In this document: positions 53,610 to 64,000 of the stretch, piece after piece
Layout: each line of letters begins with the position of its first letter
Position numbering within the stretch: position 1 is the stretch's first letter
Program-made: the position numbers and the translations under genes
Assembly (NCBI GenBank): GCA_002269645.1
Contig: NIVC01003297.1
Location: 41,767 to 105,766, forward strand
DNA: 64,000 bases
From: Macrostomum lignano
Lineage: Eukaryota
Reading direction: 5' to 3'
The notes under the pieces: generated by a model
Told to the model about the DNA's origin: nothing
Database searches by the model: none
The model's input: the letters and a program-made list of their open reading frames with translations, nothing else

Positions 53610-54199
53610 CAGCATTATAGCGATTCCTTGCAAGCCTCAACATCGTAGGGATTCCCAAATGAATCTCTTAACTTCGACATGAAGCTTCTTTTATTTTTTA
53701 CATTACGCTTTTTTATCAGCGATCCCTCCCCTGAGGAGGCATCAAATAATGTAATAAAAATTTTTCAATAAACTACATGTAGCTTCTGACTTTAGCCTTG
53801 AAATCTCATTTATACCCCCGTGAGCCTTAACATGTCAGCGATGGCCCCCATAAACCTAGCAATTCCCAAATGAATCTTTTAACTTCGACATGACTTTTCT
53901 TTATGTATACATAGTGCTACTTTTATTTTTTACATGACTTTTCTTCTATCAGCGCCCCCCCGTGACGAGCCAACAAAGAATGCAATAAAAATGGAGTAAA
54001 GTACATGAACTTTGAAGTAGCTTCTGACTTTTGCTTTGACATCTCAGAAACCCCCCCCCCCGTAATCTCAGTTATTCTCTGAGAGCCTTTACGTCTCAGT
54101 TTTTCTCCCCAGCACAGCATTATAGCTGCATTTAATTTTTACATGAACCCTTCATGTCTGACATGACGCTTCTTTTATTCTACCATGATGCTTCTTAAT

Positions 54200-57100
54200 T
54201 TTTTAAATGACACTTTCATTAGTTTTAAATGAGGCTTCTATGATTTTTTCTTGACGCTTCTATGATTTTTACATGACGCTTCTATGATTGTTTACATGAC
54301 GCTTCTACGATTTTTTACATGACGCTTCTATGATTGTTTACATGACGCTTCTATGATTGTTTACATGACGCTTCTATGATTGTTTACATGACGCTTCTAT
54401 GATTTTTTACATGACGCTTCTATGATTGTTTACATGACGCTTCTATGATGTTTTACATGGCGCTTCTATGATTGTTTACATGACGCTTCTATGATTGTTT
54501 ACATGACGCTTCTATGATTGTTTACATGACGCTTCTAAGATTTTTTACATGACGCTTCTATGATTTTTTACATGACGCTTCTATGATTGTTTACATGACG
54601 CTTCTATGATTTTTAAATGACGCTTCTATGATTGTTTACATGACGCTTCTACGATTTTTATATGACGCTTCTATGATTTTTTAAATGACGCTTCTATGAT
54701 TTTTTAAATGACGCATCTATGATTTTTATATGACGCTTCTATGATTTTTTAAATGACGCTTCTATGATTGTTTACATGACGCTTCTATGATTTTTTACAT
54801 GACGCTTCTATGATTTTTTAAATGACGCTTCTATGATTTTTATATGACGCTTCTACGATTTTTTACATGACGCTTCTATGATTGTTTACATGACGCTTCT
54901 ATGATTTTTTAAATGACGCTTCTATGATTGTTTACATGACGCTTCTACGATTTTTATATGACGCTTTTATGATTTTTTAAATGACGCTTCTATGATTTTT
55001 TACAAGACGCTTCTATGATTTTTTACATGACGCTTCTATGATTGTTTACATGACGCTTCTATGATTGTTTACATGACGCTTCTATGATTGTTTACATGAC
55101 GCTTCTATGATTGTTTACATGACGCTTCTACGATTTTTATATGACGCTTCTATGATTTTTTAAATGACGCTTCTATGATTTTTTACAAGACGCTTCTATG
55201 ATTTTTTACATGACGCTTCTATGATTGTTTACATGACGCTTCTATGATTGTTTACATGACGCTTCTATGATTGTTTACATGACGCTTCTATGATTGTTTA
55301 CATGACGCTTCTATGATTTTTTACATGACCTCAACCCACACCTGACCTAAACCTATCTTTAACCCAACCTAAAGCCTTGAAATCTCAGCAATTCTTCTCC
55401 CCTAAGCCTTGGCATTTTAGTGTTTCCTTCTTTAAGAATCACAGCACTATAACGATTTCCACCAAGCTTTGACATCGTAGCAATTCCCAAATGAATCTTT
55501 TAACTTCGACATGACTTTTCTTATATGTATACATAGTGCTACTTTTATTTTTTACATGACTCTGCTTCTATCAGCGCCCCCCCCCCGTGGCGAGCCAACA
55601 AAGAATGTAATAAAAATTGAGTAAAGTACATGAACTTTGAAGTAGCTTCTGACTTTTGCTTTGACATCTCAGAGACCCCCCACCTGTAATCTCAGTTATT
55701 CTCTGTGAGCCTTGACGTCTCAGTAATTCTCCCCAGCACAGCACTGTACTATAGCTTCATTTAACTTTTATATGACACCTTTCATGTCTGACATGACGCT
55801 TCTTTTAATTTTTACATGACGCTTCTTTTATTCTTCCATTATTCTTCTTAATTTATTAAATGACACTTTCATTAGTTTTTAAATGAGGCTTCTATGATTG
55901 TTTGCATGACGCTTCTATGATTTTACCATGACGCTTCTATTATTGTTTGCATGACGCTTCTATGATTTTTACATGACGCTACTATGATTTTTTTATGACG
56001 CTTCTATGATTTTTTACATGACGCTTCTATGATTTTTTACATTACGCTTCCATGATTTTTATATAACGCTTTTATGATTTTTTACATGGCGCTTCTATGA
56101 TTTTTTATGACGCTTTTTTGACTTTTACATGACGCTTCTATGATTTTTTAAATGACGCTTCTATGATTTTTATATAAAGCTTTTACGATTTTTTACATGA
56201 CGCTTCTATGATTGTTTACATGACGCTTCTATGATTTTTTCATGACGCTTCTATGATTGTTTACATGACGCTTCTATGATTTTTACAGGAGGCTTCTATG
56301 ATTTTTTCATGACGCTTCTATGATTTTTTATGACGCTTTTATGACTTTTACATGACGCTTCTATGATTGTTTACATGACGCTTCTATGATTGTTTACATG
56401 ACGCTTCTATCTTTTTTTTAAATGACGCTTCTATGATTTTTATATGACGCTTCTATGATTTTTTACATGACGCTTCTATGATTGTTTACATGACGCTTCA
56501 ATGATTTTTTACATGACGCTTCAATGATTGTTTACATGACGCTTCAATGATTGTTTACATGACGCTTCTACGATTTGTTACATGACGCTTCTATGATTGT
56601 TTACATGACGCTTCTATGATTTTTTACATGACGCTTCTATGATTTTTTACATGACGCTTCTATGATTTTTTACATGACGCTTCTATGATTTTTTACATGA
56701 CGCTTCTATGATTTTTTACATGACGCTTCTATGATTGTTTACATGACGCTTCTATGATTGTGTACATGACGCTTCTTTGATTTTTTACATGACGCTTCTA
56801 TGATTTTTATATGACGCTTCTACGATTTTTTACATGATGCTTCTATGATTGTTTACATGACGCTTCTATGATTGTTTACATGACGCTTCTATGATTGTTT
56901 ACATGACGCTTCTATGATTTTTTACATGACGTTTCTATGATTGTTTACATGACGCTTCAATGATTTTTTACATGACGCTTCAATGATTGTTTACATGACG
57001 CTTCTATGATTGTTTACATGACGCTTCTATGATTGTTTACATGACGTTTCTATGATTTTTTACATGACGCTTTTATGATTTTTTACATGACGCTTTTATG

Positions 57101-57460
57101 ATTTTTTAAATGACGCTTCCATGATTTTTTACATGACGCTTCCATGATTGTTTACATGACGCTTCTATGATTGTTTACATGACGCTTCTATGATTGTTTA
57201 CATGACGCTTTTATGATTGTTTACATGACGCTTCTATGATTGTTTACATGACGTTTCTATGATTTTTTACATGACGCTTTTATGATTTTTTACATGACGC
57301 TTCCATGATTTTTAACATGACGCTTCTATGATTGTTTACATGACGTTTCTATGATTGTTTACATGACGCTTCTATGATTGTTTACATGACGCTTCTATGA
57401 TTGTTTACATGACGCTTCTATGATTGTTTACATGACTCTTCTATGATTGTTTACATGACG
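54200..57460. repeat. 22-23-bp satellite (ATGACGCTTCTATGATTKTTTAC)n in two blocks (~54200-55330, ~55880-57460)
   Basis: Directly visible. Confidence 0.97.
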
Positions 57461-57511
57461 CCTTTTATCCTTTATTTGTCCTTTAATAAAAGCTTTCAAT
57501 AAAAAAACTTT

Positions 57512-57578
57512 TCACTACTATGATTCGAACCCAGGTCACTGCATTAGCAGTCCAGTCTGTTCACATCTAGGCTAGCTC
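57512..57578 (-). other. tRNA-derived segment inside Helitron B
   Basis: Minus strand GAGCTAGCCTAGATGTGAACAGACTGGACTGCTAATGCAGTGACCTGGGTTCGAATCATAGTAGTG followed by a T-run. Confidence 0.55.
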
Positions 57579-58080
57579 GTATCGAATTTTTAAATGAAAT
57601 TGTAGCACTTATATAATTGAACACTCCCTCACAAAGCAGTTATGACATAATAAATTTCCCAGGCAAGTCAGTATCAGTCTCAATTAAAGTTGACAACATG
57701 GTTACGCAATCTAAATCAAGTCTGGTGCTACGCTTCCACACTGCATTTTCAATACTGTGACGCAATTCAAGTCGGAGTTACAATTCAGTTATGATGCAAT
57801 CTATTTCAGAATCAGAATTCAACCAGTCAGTTTTTTCTCTAGCATTCTTACAATGCATTTTAAGTCGAAAAGTTTGCTTGACCTTTGCAAAAAAGCATGT
57901 TTTTCGAATATTTAATCGCTTTAACATGGAGCAATTTCTTAGCCAAGATGCATGTACCGTCACGGGAAAATTTCTGATCGAACAGTGCAAGTCTCATGAA
58001 AATCGGTTAAGCCATTTTTTCTCTAATCGATTACAAGCAAGCAAGCAAGCAAGCAAGATTTTCATTTTTAGTATATAGGA

Positions 58081-61000
58081 CTAGCAATCTACGCCCCCCG
58101 TTGGGGAGCCAAAGAAATGCAATACACGTTTTTTTAATAAGCTACATGTATCCTTGAAATCTTAAAAAATCTCCTGTCAAACCTTGTAAGCCTTGACATG
58201 TCAGTAATTCCCCCCCACAAGCTTTAACATATCAACTTCCCCCTTGACATCTCAGCAATGCCCCAATAAGCCTTGGAAATCTAAAAATATCTGTCAACCT
58301 TCTAACCCTAACCCTAGCCTAACCCTAACCCTAACCCTAACCCTAACCATAACCCTAACCTAACCCTAAAGCATTGAAATTTCAGTAATTCTCTCTAAGA
58401 GTCATAATAGCACTACTACAGGATTATAGCGATTCCCTACAAGCCTCGACATCGTAGGGATTCCCAAATGAATCTCTTAACTTCGACATGAAGCTTTTAT
58501 TTTTTACATTACGCTTTTTTATTATCAGCGATCCCTCCCTGAGGAGCATCAAATAATGTAATAAAAGTTACAATAAGTTTTCAATAAACTACATGTAGCT
58601 TCTGACTTTAGCCTTGAAATCTCATTTATACCCCCGTGAGCCTTGACATCTCAGCTATTCCCCCGTAAGCCTTGACATGTCAGCGATGGCCCCCATAAAC
58701 CTTGAAAACTAAAAAATCCCCTGTTAACCTTGAAACCCGATAAAATATAACCCTCAACCCAAACCTGACCTAAACCTAACTTTAACCCAACCTAAAGCCT
58801 TGAAATCTCAGCAATTCTTCTCCCCTAAGCCTTGACATTTTAGTGATTCCTTCTTTAAGAATCACAGCACTATAACGATTTCCACCAAGCTTTGACATCG
58901 TAGCAATTCCCAAATGAATCTTTTAACTTCGACATGACTTTTTCTTTTATGTATACATAGTGCTACTTTTATTTTTTACATGACTCTTCTTCTATCAGCG
59001 CCCCCCGTGGCGAGCCAACAAAGAATGCAATAAAAAAATTGAGTAAAGTACATGAACTTTGAAGTAGCTTCTGACTTTTGCTTTGACATCTCAGAAACCC
59101 CCCCCGTAAACTCAGTTATTCTCTGAGAGCCTTTACGTCTCATATTCTCTGAGAGCCTTTACGTCTCAGTTTTTCTCCCCAGCACAGCATTATAGCTGCA
59201 TTTAACTTTTACATGACACCCTTCATGTCTGACATGACGCTTCTTTTATTCTACCATGATGCTTCTTAATTTTTTAAATGACACTTTCATTAGTTTATAA
59301 ATGAGGCTTCTATGATTTTTTCTTGACCCTTCTATGATTTTTACATGACGCTTCTATGATTTTTTACATGACGTTCTATGATTTTTTACATGACGCTTCT
59401 ACGATTTTTTACATGACGCTTCTATGATTGTTTACATGACGCTTCTATGATTGTTTACATGACGCTTCTATGATTGTTTACATGACGCTTCTATGATTTT
59501 TTTAAATAACGCTTCTATGATTTTTATATGACGCTTCTACGATTTTTACATGACGCTTCTATGATTGTTTACATGACGCTTCTATGATTTTTTAAATTAC
59601 GCTTCTCTATGATTTTTAAATGACGCTTCTATAATTTTTAATGACGCTTCTATGATTGTTTACATGACGCTTCTGTGATTTTTAAATGACGCTTCTATGA
59701 TTGTTTACATGACGCTTCTATGATTGTTTACATGACGCTTCTATGATTGTTTACATGACGCTTTTATGATTGTTTACATGACGCTTCTATAATTTTTACA
59801 TGACGCTTCTATGATTTTTAAATGACGCTTCTATGATTTTTATATGACGCTTTACGATTTTTTACATGACGCTTCTATGATTGTTTACATGACGCTTCTA
59901 TGATTTTTTACATGACGCTTCTATGATTGTTTACATGACGCTTCTATGATTTTTATATGACGCTTCTATGATTGTTTACATGACGCTTCTATGATTTTTT
60001 ACATGACGCTTCTTTGATTTTTAATGACGCTTCTATGATTTTTAAATGACGCTTCTATGATTTTTACATGACGCTTCTATGATTTTTAAATGACGCTTCT
60101 ATGATTTTTATATGACGCTTCTGATTTTTTACATGACGCTTCTATGATTTTTAAATGATGCTTCTATGATTTTTATATGACGCTTCTACGATTTTTTACA
60201 TGACGCTTCTATGATTGTTTACATGACGCTTCTATGATTGTTTACATGACGCTTCTATGATTTTTTACATGACGCTTCTATGATTGTTTACATGACGCTT
60301 CTATGATTTTTATATGACGCTTCTATGATTTTTTACATGACGCTTCTATGATTTTTACATGACGCTTCTATGATTTTTAATGACGCTTCTATGATTTTTT
60401 ACATGACGCTTCTATGATTGTTTACATGACGCTTTATGATTGTTTACATGACGCTTCTATGATTTTACATGACGCTTCTATGATTTTTTACATGACGCTT
60501 CTATGATTGTTTACATGACGCTTCTATGATTGTTTACATGACGCTTCTATGATTGTTTACATGACGCTTCTATGATTTTTTACATGACGCTTCTATGATT
60601 TTTATATGACGCTTCTACGATTTTTTACATGACGCTTCTATGATTGTTTACATGACGCTTCTATGATTGTTTACATGACGCTTCTATGATTGTTTACATG
60701 ACGCTTCTATGATTTTTTAATGACGCTTCTATGATTGTTTACATGACGCTTCTATGATTTTTACATGACGCTTCTATGATTGTTTACATGACGCTTCTAT
60801 GATTTTTACATGACGCTTCTATGATTGTTTACATGACGCTTCTATGATTGTTTACATGACGCTTCTATGATTGTTTACATGACGCTTTTATGATTGTTCA
60901 CATGACGCTTCTATGATTTTTTACATGACGCTTCTATGATTTTTAATGACGCTTCTATGATTTTTATATGACGCTTCTATGATTTTTACATGACGCTTCT

Positions 61001-64000
61001 ATGATTTTTTAATGACGCTTCTATGATTTTTATATGACGCTTCTATGATTTTTTACATGACGCTTCTATGATTGTTTACATGACGCTTCTATGATTGTTT
61101 ACATGACGCTTCTATGATTTTTACATGACGCTTCTATGATTGTTTACATGACGCTTCTATGATTTTTATATGACGCTTCTATGATTGTTTACATGACGCT
61201 TCTATGATTTTTTAAATTACGCTTCTATGATTTTTAAATGACGCTTCTATGATTTTTAAATGACGCTTCTATGATTGTTTACATGACGCTTCTATGATTT
61301 TTTAAATGACGCTTCTATGATTGTTTACATGACGCTTCTATGATTGTTTACATGACGCTTCTATGATTGTTTACATGACGCTTCTATGATTTTTTACATG
61401 ACGCTTCTATGATTTTTATATGACGCTTCTACGATTTTTTACATGACGCTTCTATGATTTTTTAAATGATGCTTCTATGATTTTTATATGACGCTTCTAC
61501 GATTTTTTACATGACGCTTCTATGATTGTTTACATGACGCTTCTATGATTGTTTACATGACGCTTCTATGATTTTTACATGACGCTTCTATGATTGTTTA
61601 CATGACGCTTCTATGATTTTTATATGACGCTTCTATGATTGTTTACATGACGCTTCTATGATTGTTTACATGACGCTTCTATGATTGTTTACATGACGCT
61701 TTTATGATTTTCACATGACGCTTCTATGATTGTTTACATGACGCTTCTATGAGTTTTTAAATGACGCTTCTATGATTTTTATATGACTTCTATGATTTTT
61801 TACATGACGCTTCTATGATTGTTTACATGACGCTTCTATGATTTTTAAATGACGCTTCTATGATTGTTTACATGACGCTTCTATGATTTTTTAAATGACG
61901 CTTCTATGATTGTTTACATGACGCTTCTATGATTGTTTACATGACGCTTCTATGATTGTTTACATGACGCTTTTATGATTGTTTACATGACGCTTCTATA
62001 ATTTTTTACATGACGCTTCTATGATTTTTTAAATGACGCTTCTATGATTTTTATATGACGCTTTACGATTTTTTACATGACGCTTCTATGATTGTTTACA
62101 TGACGCTTCTATGATTTTTTACATGACGCTTCTATGATTGTTTACATGACGCTTCTATGATTTTTATATGACGCTTCTATGATTGTTTACATGACGCTTC
62201 TATGATTTTTTAAATACGCTTCTTGATTTTTAAATGACGCTTCTATGATTTTTAAATGACGCTTCTATAATTTTTTACATGACGCTTCTATGATTTTTTA
62301 AATGACGCTTCTATGATTTTTACATGACGCTTCTACGATTTTTACATGACGCTTCTATGATTTTTAAATGACGCTTCTATGATTTTTATATGACGCTTCT
62401 ACGATTTTTACATGACGCTTCTATGATTGTTTACATGACGCTTCTATGATTGTTTACATGACGCTTCTATGATTTTTTACATGACGCTTCTATGATTGTT
62501 TACATGACGCTTCTATGATTTTTACATGACGCTTCTATGATTGTTTACATGACGCTTCTATGATTGTTTACATGACGCTTCTATGATTTTTACATTGACG
62601 CTTCTATGATTTTTACATGACGCTTCTATGATTGTTTACATGACGCTTCTATGATTGTTTACATGACGCTTCTATGATTTTTACATGACGCTTCTATGAT
62701 TTTTTACATGACGCTTCTATGATTGTTTACATGACGCTTCTATGATTGTTTACATGACGCTTCTATGATTGTTTACATGACGCTTTTATGATTGTTCACA
62801 TGACGCTTCTATAATTTTTTACATGACGCTTCTATGATTTTTATATGACGCTTCTATGATTTTTATATGACGCTTCTACGATTTTTACATGACGCTTCTA
62901 TGATTTTTTAAATGATGCTTCTATGATTTTTATATGACGCTTCTACGATTTTTTACATGACGCTTCTATGATTGTTTACATGACGCTTCTATGATTGTTT
63001 ACATGACGCTTCTATGATTTTTTACATGACGCTTCTATGATTGTTTACATGACGCTTCTATGATTTTTATATGACGTTCTATGATTGTTTACATGACGCT
63101 TCTATGATTTTTAAATGACGCTTCTATGATTTTTAAATGACGCTTCTATGATTTTTTAAATGACGCTTCTATGATTGTTTACATGACGCTTCTATGATTG
63201 TTTACATGACGCTTCTATGATTGTTTACATGACGCTTTTATGATTGTTACATGACGCTTCTATAATTTTTTACAGACGCTTCTATGAGTTTTTAAATGAC
63301 GCTTCTATGATTTTTATATGACGCATCTACGATTTTTTACATGACGCTTCTATGATTGTTTACATGACGCTTCTATAATTTTTAAATGACGCTTCTATGA
63401 TTGTTTACATGACGCTTCTGTGATTTTTTAATGACGCTTCTATGATTGTTTACATGACGCTTCTATGATTGTTTACATGACGCTTCTATGATTTTTACAT
63501 GACGCTTTATGATTGTTTACATGACGCTTCTATAATTTTTTACATGACGCTTCTATGATTTTTTAATGACGCTTCTATGATTTTTATATGACGCTTTTAC
63601 GATTTTTTACATGAGACGCTTCTATGATTGTTTACATGACGCTTCTATGATTTTTTACATGACGCTTCTATGATTTTTATATGACGCTTCTACGATTTTT
63701 TACATGACGCTTCTATGATTTTTTAAATGATGCTTCTATGATTTTTATATGACGCTTCTACGATTTTTTACATGACGCTTCTATGATTGTTTACATGACG
63801 CTTCTATGATTTTTTACATGACGCTTCTATGATTTTTTTAAACGACGCTTCTATGATTTTTATATGACGCTTCTACGATTTTTTAAATGACGCTTCTATG
63901 ATTTTACATGACGCTTCTATGATTTTTTAAATGACGCTTCTATGATTGTTTACATGACGCTTCTATGATTGTTTACATGACGCTTCTATGATTTTTACAT
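58081..64000 (-). mobile_element. Helitron family B, next unit of the concatemer (5' end outside the window)
   Basis: CTAGCAATCTACGCCCCCCG.. is near-identical to 52855 onward and abuts the 5' TC of the previous unit. Confidence 0.85.
59300..64000. repeat. 22-23-bp satellite array, at least 4.7 kb, runs off the window
   Basis: Directly visible. Confidence 0.98.

Larger units (their letters stand above)
52855..58080 (-). mobile_element. Non-autonomous Helitron-like element, family B, complete unit (5226 bp)
   Basis: Minus strand starts TCCTATATACTAAAAATG + (CTTG)n and ends GCTCCCCAACGGGGGGC hairpin + CTAG|T. It has an internal duplication of a ~400-bp block plus satellite (~53860-55330 vs ~55480-57460). 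Confidence 0.85.

Noticed and set aside
57512-57578. Functional tRNA gene (also 5406-5470)
   Set aside because: No acceptor stem, a mismatched anticodon stem, and no long variable arm as expected for Ser. Treated as tRNA-derived only.

Overview
Repeat-rich, AT-rich animal (invertebrate) genomic DNA; composition and intron style suggest a free-living flatworm such as Macrostomum, but this is an unverified impression. Most of the window is nested transposable elements. These are a decayed MULE (2.1-3.5 kb), two non-autonomous Helitron-like families that each form head-to-tail concatemers (9-15 kb; 52.9 kb to window end) and carry expanding satellites, an apparently complete Crypton-type tyrosine-recombinase element (20738-22655), a mariner relic, a full-length ~10 kb CACTA/EnSpm element (37414-47402) with an intact transposase and a 7-exon BEN-like accessory gene, an internally deleted RTE LINE, and several MITEs. 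One host-like gene is present, a 4-exon zinc-finger gene (25673-32586). The most striking signal is the Crypton end architecture. An internal 46-bp site is the reverse complement of the element's own circle junction (a DIRS-ICR-like arrangement), and it is joined to a ~119-nt hairpin capped by the ultra-stable d(GCGAAGC) motif. This suggests a folded single-stranded DNA recombination substrate, as in CTX phage or integron attC sites. All coordinates and alignments were read by eye; no database search was run.
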